In this document: positions 13,687 to 25,999 of the stretch, piece by piece
Layout of the letters: every line of letters begins with the position of its first letter
Numbering within the stretch: position 1 is the stretch's first letter
Origin: Phoronis australis
Taxonomy: Eukaryota; Animalia; Phoronida
Direction: 5' to 3'
Length of the DNA stretch: 64,000 bases
NCBI GenBank assembly: GCA_002633005.1
Contig: NMRA01000778.1
Coordinates: 87,990 to 151,989 of the forward strand
Notes under the pieces: model-generated
What the model saw: only the letters and a program-made list of their open reading frames with translations
What the model was told of the DNA's origin: nothing
Databases searched by the model: none
Translations under genes and position numbers: made by a program

Positions 13687-15305
13687 AGCCATGTGATTGG
13701 GGTATGCTGGTCTTGTTTTTTCCCAATGTGAACTTAGGGTTATTCCGTCTGGTATTGAGTTGACTATGGAAATTTTACATTATCTGTTTTGAAGCCAAAA
13801 CAGGTGGATAGTAGCTGACGTTAATAAATTTGCCAGACCAGTGACATTTAGAAGTGTCTGTCACATAACAGCCTTAGAAGAGGTCTGACCAATTGCTTGA
13901 AATGTTCCAGTATCGACTAAACTTCATCACTGTAAAATATCACCAATTTCCGGCACAATTAATGACCAAAAATGACCTTTTGACCCTTTTCATTTCTCAT
14001 GAGTTGCTATAATTCTCGTGGATGCCCATAATTTTTAAGGATTTTGTGTAATGGTAGTTGTATAAAACTTGAATGCGGAAAACCATCTAATTTTGTTGTT
14101 ATGCATGTTTCATGGAAAAACAATTGTAGTTGTCAGCTATATCGTATCCTAAACTGTCGTCCATATTGTTTGCTGAATTGGTGAGATCTTACCGGATGTC
14201 TGAGTTTACCCATGGAATTTATCAGCTTGAAAACAGATAACTTTAAAGTCAACTGTAGATGTTTTTCATTATCCTACCAACTTATGTAGTGCGCAAGTCT
14301 TTCTGTCAAAACATTCCATTGAGAACTTTATAGAGTCTCTAGGTGGCGCTCATGAACCAGTAGTACTTCTTTGTGAATGCATTCATTTGCAGGAGGTATT
14401 TTTATCTCCCAGATCCCCCATTGGTGGTGAACAGGTTTCTGCTATCATTGTTCTGATAACTCAAAGAGAGCTGTTTTGCTAGCACCACCTAGTGATTTAG
14501 TTTCCTTATCAGTATATTGTCAAATTATACTCTCAGACCAAAATAGGTTTATCAATTTAATGTTTTTGTTGAGTTTGTTAATTTTTTGCTTGTTATTAGG
14601 TGTATCCGTAATTGCTAAGGAATTTTGACATTGTTTGATTTTTACATTTTAGAGGACAGGGTTCATTTTTGGTTGCCTCATGCTGATGGCTTATTGAAAT
14701 GCCAGGCAGTATTTTGCAGTGGTTAGGTATCTCCAATCTGACCTACACGTTTAAGGCTCATTGAACCCTGGAAGTGCAAACGTCCATCAACACACTAATC
14801 TGGTGTGAAATATGTTTTTGTTGCCCTCATGCTTCTCTGCTTTCTCACTGATTCTTGTATTACACTAGGTATTTTCAAAATAAAATGTAGGCATTCTCGG
14901 ATGTATTGATGACAATCTCTAAGTATTTTTAACTTGTGACCGTTAATTACTCTGTGAGGGGCGTGTGTTTGTTTTGTCACTTACTCAAGACTAGCCTGAA
15001 TTTAGTATCTTGCATTGATTACAATGTTATGTGGGCTTAATGGCGATTTTATTTAGTTTTGGCCAACAACCTGTTGATACAACCATATACTTGAAAACAA
15101 TATTTAGACAAAGAATTTCAATGCCATTTACTTGGTATTATGGAAAAGGTCAATTAAAAATTGAAGGAGTTTTTGTTAAAAGGGTTGTGACATAGTATTG
15201 AGGCCCCCTCAAGTTGTCTGTATATAGTGACTATGTAAGACATGATTTTTGTATTGGACTAGTCTTAATTTTAGTAATAACCTTGTATTGTTGTGATTTG
15301 AAGGA

Positions 15306-15311
15306 AATAAA
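15306..15311 (+). terminator. Candidate poly(A) signal of the CTL gene (alternative AATAAA at 13518)
   Basis: AATAAA followed by a T/GT-rich tract at the end of a long AT-rich, UTR-like region. Confidence 0.4.
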
Positions 15312-16626
15312 ATTATTTTATCTTTTGTGACTTTAATGGTTTTGTGTCAGATGGGTTGTCACTGAAATCTGATTTTTTTATTACCAGGGGTTGGAAGTGA
15401 TTCTGTGATGATCTCACTGCTAAATTCCACCTATCCTTACACTCCTGCCCGGGACCAGCTGACAATAACCTCACACCCCACGAAATTGAAGCATGGTATA
15501 CATGTGGGCTAGATTACAGCCCCNCCCGGAGACTTGATTCGCGTGAAGGCGGTTATTGCTGACGTCTGGTTGTTCAGATGAAGCCCGTTTTGTCACAGGC
15601 TAGGAACATGTAATATCAATATGTATATTACTCCCAGGTCGCAGGGTAGGAAGCATTTTTAGTTCCTGTGAGGAATGAAATGTAGCGGGGCTGGTATCCA
15701 CTCGGGGTCAGGAACGGGCATTTGCCGGGTTGCTGGATTTAAGAGGCATGGCCATGCACTGGTAGCGTGACGCATTATTCTCAAGCCCGCTTTGAGGGCA
15801 AGACGCAATACAGAAGGTAGTGCAATTTTTTGGCGAACGAGGCGACTCGATGGGAAGTGTGGACCTGTGTTGTTGAGGCTTGTGCTGAATGTGGATACTA
15901 TAAAAAGTGGTGTTCACCTCGGTCATGGCGTTATTAATCGGAAGGCTGACGTTGTTGAGCATGTCCTGTTTAGGGACACATTTAGAAAGCGGGTCGTGGT
16001 ATCTTGTAGTTGTATACTACAACCGAAAAAAACCTGTGTCGTCGTCCGCCCTCTATATCCCCACTGTGATGAACAAATCAATTATCGCATTATTGCCTTC
16101 CCGGTAATAAAATATTGGCTGAAATAAAAATGTCAACTAGTAAATTTTTATATTGTTTGGCTTCTGAAGTTGAGTTTCTCGTGAAAAGTAAGTGCGGAAT
16201 CCTTCTTTCGCTGAATTAATATGATAAACATTGACCAAGACGCTGCGATGGGTTTTGAACAGTTTCAGATGAGTTCAGTGATACATGTATCATTCATTCG
16301 TGTTGTAGACAATTGGCGTTTGAGCTTGGCGATTGACTAAAGAAAGATTTTATTCTGATATTAAAATACCAGACAGCCTAACTGGTGTCGTTTGGAATAC
16401 GGACTAAATGGTATTTCTAATGAATTATCAACTGTTGTTAAGGGCCCGGTGGCATTTGGTGTGGGAACGAGGAAAATCATTTCTACCATTTTATTACTTT
16501 GCCGTGTTCACTTTTGACCCCAGAGGTTGAGGTTTTTCGGCACCGGCTAAAACTAGACAAAATACGCAAGTTACTCCTAAGTAGAGAGCCTCCGCCAAGA
16601 CAGAGTCCTCACAAGTGGACCCTTGG

Positions 16627-16800
16627 CAGGGGCGGATCCAGGATTTTGAGTTAGGGGGGCCAGGGCACAGGGCTCTAACCAGAATCACCCCATGCACATG
16701 CTCGTGCCCAGCCTAAAGTGTAAGGATGCAGGGGTCTAGAATTTTTTAGTTTTTGGCCTATGCATTGTGCATTCGCCCCCCTCCCCCCAATCCGCCACTG
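16627..16800. mobile_element. Short GGCGGATC-type MITE
   Basis: caggggcggatcc ... atccgccactg inverted termini, same terminus class as 39328 and 53846. Confidence 0.6.
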
Positions 16801-18175
16801 CCGGGGATCATCGGATCGCGTCAGTGATCAAGTGAAGGCGCGACCCGTAGTCGGACGTCTTAAGTTGGGCGGTACTTTTACAATAAAAGCCGACAGTCTT
16901 CGTTTCTACTAAAAACTTTTGAGATCAAGGCGATATGACCCGCTGGTGGTCAGTTGAGTTTCCGGAGTGGGGGCCTTTTTTCGACGCCTCAGTGGCATTC
17001 CGATTCCCGCGGTGGTCTGCAACCCAATTAAGTTTGCGTCATTTCAGTGCCGGCCGTGGATAGGTCAGAGTAAAAAGACTGTCATGCTTGATTTTAAGCC
17101 ACAGAGAACAAAAACTATAGTTTTGGGACCAATTAACATGAAAGCATCACGCCAGTCTATCATGTTCCTCCTTAGTCACGGGACCATTTTTTACCGAACA
17201 AGTTGATGTACCGTGACTACGGCGAATAAAAATGGAATGGCGATAGAAGTTATTCCCGTGGTCATATATACAGTGGATGCAGTACTAGCTGAATTGTTGG
17301 AAGTTGAACATCAATGATGAAAGGCTTCTGTGCATGATCGGAAATAGACGGTTTCCTTCGTTGTCAGATTTAAACCTTCCTTGTCCCAAATTAGTATAGA
17401 CCGTCCTGAGCTGTATCATGCACTCAGGCTAGTCCGGACGGTCACGGTCAGAAACAGCAGGTCTTTCCGCTCAATTACTCTTTATTGCACTTTAATATGA
17501 TTGTGTTAAGATAAAAGCTGCATGAGGACGTTTGATATCATTTTCTCCCTTTTTGTGGACGAAAACAGAGCAAATGTTTGAATTTCTCATGTAAATTGAG
17601 GTAGCTATAAAGATTTTCTGACTCACTGACGTCCCAACACTCGGTCTAGTTTTGTGGGAGATCATTAAGTAGGCCTAGTTGACAACTTGATGCTACTGAA
17701 ATGAGGCCCACTAGTTCACAACTAGTCAGTCCTAATTACCGTTTTTGCCTGGAGCTGGAGACCACACAGACTAGGCCTATTCATATCACTGAGGCAGGTC
17801 TAGTGACCAGCTTATCCTGAAAAAAGTTTGCCTCACATGCGACAGATGACCTTATGGTCGGCCCCGGCGTGCACTTCCATTGGTCGACTAAAGGCAAATC
17901 TTTGCTAAAGGTGAAATCTTTGTTCGGTGAAAAGAATTTGTGAAATTATTGGCCTCGCGACTAACCATTTTCTCCTTTTCCGTAACTTGTCAGTGTCACG
18001 GTAGCTGAACCGGAGGTGAATGGAATATGTGAATGGCTAAATCGATTATTGCTTGGTGAAACTGATCTCCCGTAGTTGAAAAGGTTGGTTAGAATTGACA
18101 TTATTTTAATCAAATGTAACTTGATTTAGTGCAGTGCAAATTTTTATGAACATGGACGTGATTATTTGAGTGAAC

Positions 18176-18320
18176 TAGTCAAGTTCACGCAACACCCAGT
18201 TCTGCTTAATCTTGAGATTGGCAGGATTCCAAGTTCACGTACAGCAACACCAGGTAGCGCTGTTGAACTAAACCTTTACACAACGATTCGATTGATGAGT
18301 CGGAGTCCATCTAAATAGGT
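18176..18320 (+). promoter_or_regulatory. Putative promoter/non-coding first exon module shared with the ZNF upstream region at 45667-45771; donor ag|gtgagt at 18319
   Basis: aagttcacgcaacaccca...cttgagatt..caggattccaagttcacgtacagcaa is near-identical at 18181 and 45668; an inverted partial copy lies at about 32094-32150. Confidence 0.45.
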
Positions 18321-19089
18321 GAGTTTTGACCGAGGTTCCCGCCTGGTACCTTAGACCACCGTCCCTTGGCGATAGTTGTATTAAAAACAGCTGACCAGCC
18401 TGAGCCAGGAGGCTCTCGCTGCTCAGCTCCTGAGCTAGGCAATGACCTTCGCCTCTGTTCGAGCCAACAGAGGCGATGGTCGTGCCTACTCAGTCCTGGA
18501 CCTGAGCCTGAGCCTCCTGGGTCAGGCTCAGGGGCTCAAGATCTTTCAACAAGCCCCTGGCTTTGGCTCTCTTCAGTCTCTTACACCATAAATACAATTA
18601 AAGAAGCGAATGGGAACTGAACTATTAGTATTAGTAATAGTATTACTAGACGTCGGCACTGGTTAGATAGGTCCCTGACTTGATTGGCTGGTTCTTTAAT
18701 TTAAAGTCAGGGACCACTATATCCGACCAGTGCTCTAGGCATCACCCCACACTCCGCTAAAAATCCATAAATCTGACTGGCAATAATCAGTTGGGTCTAG
18801 CATCACTTGGCTCACCAAACCATGCCAAACTGTATGAAGTTCACAAAATCAGTTTGGGTATAGAGGGTACAGTCTCGACCAGCCTTTGAGACTGTGAAGC
18901 TCCTATAGCTTCATATGCCAGAAGTTATTCAGCGAATTATGCCTAATGACAGATTATAGCATCAACATCATGCTGTTGTAAGTACCTTTTGTTCATAGGG
19001 ACACCTTAGGAGGCCGTCAATTCCTTCCAACTGGAAAAAAACTGCTTTATGAACGTTGCGTATATTTCTCTTCCAGTCAATCTTAACAA

Positions 19090-19503
19090 ATGGCGTACCG
19101 CTCTGTTACGCGCCTGATATCTTCCCAAAAACGCCTGTGTCTTCCGGCATACCAGATGAATCTTGGTCAGCGTGCCTGGTGTCATGCTGGTGTGAAATCT
19201 CTTGTGGAGCAAAGAATTGCTTCAAACAGAGTTGTGGTATTCTCCAAAAGTTTCTGTCCGTTTTGTAAGATGGCGAAAGATGTTCTGAACGAGTACATTC
19301 CTCATCATTTGGAGGCCAAAGATTATGACATAATGGAGATAGAGGACTTGGAACATATGGAGCAAATACAGGACTATCTCAAAATTTTGACTGGGGCCAG
19401 CTCCGTGCCACGAGTATTTGTGGAGGGAAAGTTTATTGGAGGAGGGACTGATATCGTGAATCTTCATGACAATGGGAAATTGGGAAATGTGTTAAAGAAA
19501 TGA
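19090..19503 (+). CDS. GLRX: Dithiol glutaredoxin (class I, CPFC) with an N-terminal, mitochondrial-presequence-like extension; single coding exon
   Basis: VVVFSKSFCPFCK active site, IQDYL, SVPRVF cis-Pro loop and GKFIGGGTD motif. The first ~35 aa are R/K/S/L-rich with no acidic residue. Confidence 0.95.
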   Translation: MAYRSVTRLISSQKRLCLPAYQMNLGQRAWCHAGVKSLVEQRIASNRVVVFSKSFCPFCKMAKDVLNEYIPHHLEAKDYDIMEIEDLEHMEQIQDYLKILTGASSVPRVFVEGKFIGGGTDIVNLHDNGKLGNVLKK

Positions 19504-21248
19504 CAAGTTGGATTTAAAGAGTTAAACTGACTATCTCAGGAACTTTTGTTCAGTCTTAAGTAATCAGTCACAGTTGTCTGTGATGTGTTTATTAATTGGA
19601 AGGGGGAATTAATATCATAACTCTTAATGACAACACAAAATTATGGTATGTGTTTAGGGGTCAAGGTGATGAAAATGCTGAACTTAGAAGAATTATCTCA
19701 GGAACAATCACATGATCTTCCGCTGTCGTGCTGCTGACAAGTAGAACAATCTTGAAAGATGGTGTGTTGGCCATGGAATATTGGAAAGGTCTACTCCAGA
19801 CTTCAAATGGAATGTTGACATATTTGTTGAATTTTAAATTGTATAACAATCTTTGAACATAACTAATTAAAGTTAAATTCTGTGCTAGTCTCTAACTGCC
19901 CATACACTCTTTCCTAGTGCTTGGTGAAAAATGATAAATCTGGGTTTTCCTTTGTGAAAAGAACGAAGAAACTGCAGCAGCACAATCTGATTCCTTGTCT
20001 ATTTCGTAGCTGCTTAACAACATGCAAAGTCGATGCATTCCATGCAAATTTGTGTTCTGTGATGTCGTCAAGGCAACACGGCACCAATCAAATTGTAACA
20101 ATTTATTCCTGCTCATTATGACAATCGTCCAAATTAGGGAACTTGCATGTCAAAGCTTCATCATTGAGAGATAGAGCTTTGAAAGACTGCAATGTGACGA
20201 TTCCTCAGGATGAGTGACCGAAACCAATGCCCTAGAGGTAGGCCCGTTGTGAATGACACTTAGGCTTACTGTGGACATCAGTTTCCGGAATCTCGGATTC
20301 AGTATGTTATCGTCTTTTGATATTTTCATGTTTGTTCATGCCAAAGGCCTGTGAAAAAACATTACAACCACATTCTCACATTGGCCAAAAGCAGACGAGA
20401 AGCCTCCTTAAGTTGTCACTGGATTCTTCATTGTTGTTGCCAGTTTTGGAGTAAAAGCTTGTTTTGCTTTGACCTTGCACATTCTTTTGCTTCAAAAAAG
20501 GCTCGTCATGTTTTGTTACAACAATTGCGACTTGTGGCCTAAGAAACGGATCACATTGGGGCAATTTCACAATTAGTAGAGTTCAGTGGCACTCTTCATT
20601 AATAGAAATTTGATTGAAAGATGGCTGTACTTCCTGTTTGACAGCTTGAAGTTTAGAATTTTGGAACCTCTAGTGATCAGTTACCATAAACCTGTGCTGA
20701 ATGAGGAGCTCACAGGTGTGTTCCACACGATGGCAGTGTTTATTTAGGCTTGTGGGCTTTCTTCTGTGTGTTACCTTCACAATCCCTGCTTGTATGCCCT
20801 TCTGCCTGTTGTTACTGTTTATTTCACTGTCTATTTTGCATCCATCATTTTTATTTTGCCAAGTGCCTGAGAATGTGGTGTGCTCTTGAACCATTTTAAC
20901 TTGTTTGTTTGTAATGGCTTTTGGCAATTTGCTTTACAACTACACAACAGAAATAGTACAGAGAGATGAGCCGGTGTAGGTCAGGCTGTTCGAAGGATAC
21001 AGAAAGTAGAGTCGTGTTTTCAATCAAACTGTTGCATAAACCTTAATTTGTCTGATTAATTGTCGAAGCGTTATTTAATTTTGACATTTTCTGCATATGA
21101 CAACATTTGTGGTAGGAAGGTGCACAGACTATCAAACATTACGCTATATTTAGCTATGTATTTAGTATTCGCCTGAGTTTTTGGCACACAAGACATAACG
21201 TTAAAGTGTTCTGACTCATTTTACTTGCAATTTAAGTTTCCTAGATAT

Positions 21249-21900
21249 TTGAATAAGGAAAGTTGTGTGCCAGCATTAGAACAGGAATCAACTGTTCATT
21301 TGGACAATGGAGACAGCCATGTACTGATAGTGTAAATTGCCACAGTGGTCACAGTTGCATCAAACAGGAGGTGGCTGATGATCCAGTGAATAGTGATGGA
21401 ACTGGGTATGCTGTGGGTGACAATATATTTGTATAACTTGTTTCCAACTGGAGTGTGATGAAGACACTGTAAGATACAACAATACTGGTGTTCAGTGACG
21501 CCTGAGGGAAGGTGTTGGCAAGGTCTGTTCCCTGAACTGCATCTCAAGGCTCTCGTGGATGATAAACCATAAAAGTGCTTGGTGTGTGATTGAAATCAAT
21601 CGAACTTGAGAAGCACATGCGAAGTCATACTTGCAAGAGGCCATACAAGTGTGCTGTATGTGGAAAGGCATTTTCAGGGAAAAATACTGGAGTCGCCCTC
21701 TGGCGAGAGACCACATAAGTGTACTATTTGTGAAAAGGCATTTTCAAAGAATTGCTCACTTGTTAGGCACACACAAACACATACTGGTGAGAGGCAATAC
21801 ACATGTATTGAATGTGGAAAGGGTTTTTTTTCAGAGAAATTTACCCTTGTTTCGCTCAGGAGAACACACACTGGTGAAAGGTCACACAAGTGTACGCCAA
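21249..21900 (+). pseudogene. C2H2 zinc-finger pseudogene of the cluster family
   Basis: Family acceptor ctag|atatt at 21244, ATG changed to TTG, frameshifted N-terminal motif (IKQEVADDPVNSDGTGYAVGDNIFV...LECDEDTV), broken fingers ([27 protein letters not shown]). Confidence 0.88.
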
Positions 21901-21999
21901 TAGTCTAATATAACTGCCCATATTTTGAGAACCAGTTTCGTTCCTCTTATGCAGTGGAGAAAACTGGTTCTCAAAATTCGGCATGTTATATCAGACCAT
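21901..21999. mobile_element. About 100-bp palindromic mini-element at the point where the ZNF pseudogene ends
   Basis: tagtctaatataac..ttttgagaaccagttt and aaactggttctcaaaa..gttatatcagacca are inverted arms of about 38 bp. Confidence 0.7.
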
Positions 22000-22182
22000 T
22001 ACCCTAAGGTCAAGATCCGTTTAATTATGATCCAGTTTCGGGAAAAGTTAATTTATTATGCATTATTTGAAGGAATTTTTTGAAAATGTGAGTTCCCAGG
22101 TATTGTGCCTTTTGGGCTGTTTCAAAATCCCTTGTTGAAACACGGCCGGTAGTCCAGTTTCTGGTGGCTGGGGAAAATGATA

Positions 22183-22542
22183 CAGAGTGTGTCCCAAAAA
22201 CACACACACTTCAACGCTGGAGTTTAAATTCAGTTCCCGGGATTACGAAGATTCTGCGCGGGCCTAGTGCATGGTCGCACCTTATTTTTAACGTGGGTGC
22301 ACGGGAAATGCAAGCAAACAATTCAATTTTGAAGAACAAAACTTCATTGCGCAATACTACTGGAAACTAAAAACATTAAGAAGTGTAAAGACAACCATTC
22401 CAAGTTAATGAGCAATGAGTTTAATTTTATTTATTCAGGACTTTAACTTCTTTTTCGGTTTACGGTTTGTGAATTTTATACCACTAATCTAGTTCCAAAG
22501 TTAATAAACAATTTATTGTCATTTGAATTTTGGGACACATTG
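22183..22542. mobile_element. Tc1/mariner-type MITE
   Basis: TA|cagagtgtgtcccaaaa ... ttttgggacacattg|TA. Confidence 0.65.
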
Positions 22543-25509
22543 TAAAGCTGTCAGACATTCATCAATATCCTTGAGACTTATTTCAGATGGACAAAAATGG
22601 TTTAGTATGGTTTGCTCTCAGTGTCAGGATGTGATGATGGAATTTTCCCGGCTAATGTCAGCCTGCAACTAAGTTCAGTGAATCGCAATTTCTTACAAGA
22701 TTAGCTTATAATTGTCAAAAAATCACCTATCATTCGATTTTCGTATATGCATAAACATGAAAATCGGCAGAAATCAACAATCGATTCCATGAGCAATGAT
22801 GCGTTTACCTTAATTTAATGACTTGAATCCTCTCTGTAAGTTAAACGACAAATCTCGTACCTAAGTCAAAAACAAAGCATCGTTTGAATTGTGATGAAAT
22901 TTTTGGGAACTGTCCGAATTTTGGCGTAGGCCTAATTGTCTTTGAGTTATTTTTAGATAGGCAAAAATCGTCTAAGTGTACTTTACTCAGTATTTAGGAT
23001 CGGATTATAGAGTTTTTCCAACTTTTAAGTTGCAAATAATTTCACTGAAACATCATCTTATAATATCAGCTTCTAATTGTCAAATCTAATCCATGAATAT
23101 GTCGATTTTCGTAGATACACAAACACCTAAATCAGAAATCAACGGATTTGTTTATGAAAACCGAGTGTTATTGGCACCTTCCGCAGGCATGCTCGCAGCC
23201 CAGCCATTTGACGGGTAACCGGGGAACACTCCGGAGTCCATGGGAGACGAGCATTCGTATTTAGGTGTATTGTTGCTCATTTCAGAGGTGCCTATAACGG
23301 TTCACGAGTTAAAGTTGAACGCCTGAGAAAACGCTGAAATCTTTGTTTATAATTGCAAGTACTGTAATTTCCGGTACCCACATTCCATTTAAATGGTCAT
23401 CACACTCGGAACCCTAACAACTCCTAGTAACATCTTCAAAAGAAATACTATTCTTGTGATAATGTGGAATAAAACTGAGTAACATTATTTTACTTAACTA
23501 TAGGAAATAATCCTTTAGTGTAACTCACAAATCGTGGTCTTCACGTTCTTCAAAGTTCTTCCTTTTTTGCGGGCGATGGCGATCAGTCCCATTGTTTTTT
23601 CACATTTTTGAATGTTTGAGTCGAATGCCTTGATACTGCTGTGGTGTGCACGAATGTTTTGCGTTTTTGATTAATTTAGAATCTCAACTTCCTCTCGTGG
23701 TGAGTACTTGGCAGTGACGGATTTTATAGAGGCCACTGATGGTGGAACCCGCGCCCCACCGAGAGGGTCCCGTCTGTAATTGGACACCTTAAGATGAAAG
23801 GCGTAGAACCATTAAGCTTAGAAAAGGATGCCAGTTTATTCCATTGTACAGTGTAACCCTGCAACAAAGTGACCTTCCTCGACATGGCCCGCCGGTTGTA
23901 CGATTTCACAAAAACAGGAAAATAGCATTAGTCCCTCTCTCCATGAGCGTCCCAGGCTTAAGAACTTGTCAATAAAAACACGAAAGGGGTGGCCACTTGA
24001 ATTTAGTCAATGGCTCAATTCGAGAGCTGGGCCCCTAAATATGTAAAGATGTTTTCAAAAATTAGCCGGGAATGCCGACTAAATTATCTCAAATGCATGT
24101 CTCCGTTATCCGCTCTGGAAAACACGTGCATTTAGACGACCTATGCTGCAAAAACGGAGACCCGGCCTGACAACGATATCATGTGGCCAGGGCCCTCTGT
24201 CTCAAAGCCGGGGTAAACCACCGGCCGCCGGGATACTGAATGTTTCTCAAATTTCCTCAGGGGGTCTAATTGTATTCGCAGTCTTTCTTTTATCGACTGT
24301 CCCCGGCCCCACGCCTATGTCGGTTGCCACGGTTTAACCCTGACGCCTGAAAAAGTTTGGGGAGCAAATGCTCCCGCTCCCCCGCCCCGCTTCCTACGAC
24401 CCTTTTGGATACTGAAGTGCCCCTCCGATATTTCATGGAATTCCCAGAGGCGGCGCTACTTTCCGGTTGAAATGAGCAGACGACAAAGCCGTGCCTCACA
24501 GGCGCCGCTAGTGACTGGTGACGTCGCCAGCTCGCTGGTTCCCTGAATGCCGCTAGATGGGGCGGTAGCCGCGCCGCACGCAGGGAACCAGCGAGACGTC
24601 GCCAGCAGTTAGTATTAGGCTTTGGCTTCCCAATGCCAATGGTGGTAGGATTGCTCCTGACTTCAGCACACGAATACATCTTATCTGCATAGAGTTAGAG
24701 TTCTATAATAGTACTGGGACCTTCTGACAGCATTGAAGTCCTGTCCAAGGTGAGAACCTGTAGTTGAAGTTCCTGTTTACTGACCCTCTTGTCTTAGTTG
24801 TCTGCTTGGCTGAATGAATCAAAAATTCTACAAAGTTCTCAAAGACAAGAGTTTGGAACTTAAAATTCTCTGTGTATCAACTGTGCGTGTCTGTCAGGCA
24901 GCCTCGTCCCCGGCCAAGCCTCAAGACAAGTTCGGTTTTAGCCAGTTGGGGGCTTAATAGTGCCATAGGCCTACTAGGCTACTATAGTATAGTACAGTAC
25001 TGTAGTAGGCAACTAGTAGTAGGGGACATAAGCCGCTGCCTTGACGTCATTAAAACAAAGACAGATTTTTCACAAGCGTTGTTGCTGCCAGTCGTGAAAC
25101 AGAGGGCATTGTTACTTGGCGAAATTTATTTGTGTTGCTCTTCCACTAAGTTTGTTTTTTTTTTGTTTGTTCGCACGACACAGGTCGCAATTTTCGTCCG
25201 ATCATCACGAAATTTACACGTAACACGTACTTCCAGAGACTAAAATGGGGATTTTTTTAATGTAGTATTACTTAATCATTGCATAGCTTTGTAATCAGTC
25301 ATGTTGGGATGAAGTGCTTTTTTCAGAATCATCAGTTCTCGTAGATGCAGCGCTACAATTGATTGCTTTGTCTATTCAGTTCGGCCCATTTTAATCATCT
25401 GCTCATGACTATGCCTGTCAGGATCTAGGTGTGTCAAGCTATCACAAATTATCTGCTATGAGCACTACAGCCAGATTTTCACACTGTTGCTGTAGCACAT
25501 CCACTTCTT

Positions 25510-25617
25510 GTACTAACAGGATTCTCACTACTATTGTTTACATGTAAACATGTTTCCTGAAGTACTAACAGGATTCTCACTACTACTGTTTACATGTAAA
25601 CATGTTTCCTGAAGTAC
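25510..25617. repeat. 52-bp tandem duplication
   Basis: tactaacaggattctcactact...tttcctgaag at 25511 and 25563. Confidence 0.85.
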
Positions 25618-25999
25618 TTGCACCATCTACACACAATACACACACAGAAATGCAAGTAAAGCTGCTTACAATCTTTCTTGAAACTAAGTTTCACCTGCCA
25701 CCTCTCTGCCTGAAAAGGACCGATGTTTTAAAAAAGTGGCCCTACTGCAAATTTGCACCCTGATGTCTGTGGTAACGTACTAGACACCTTGGATTAAAAT
25801 GTTTTCATTCTCAATTGTACATACGTCTAGTACAAATGCAGTTCTCGTTTGAAAGACATTGATGTAGCGTAATAAATGAAAACTGAGGTCACCAAAACTG
25901 AGGTTGGAAGTCTCCAACCGAAAAAAAAAATGTCACGGCGCTGTCACCATTATTAAAATTATGCATTATCTCTTCCATTCTACTGTACGTATACATGAT

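Noticed and set aside
15525-16135. GC-richer patch with TATAAAA and AATAAA; considered as a solo LTR, structured ncRNA or short gene
   Set aside because: No matched TG..CA ends with target-site duplication, no snRNA/RNase P/telomerase motif recognised, and the ORFs lack recognisable domains
18366-18735. Pro/Glu-rich ORF (PEPEP) and adjacent hairpin at 18656-18733
   Set aside because: Arises from tgagcc-type repeats and a small palindromic element; no coding evidence
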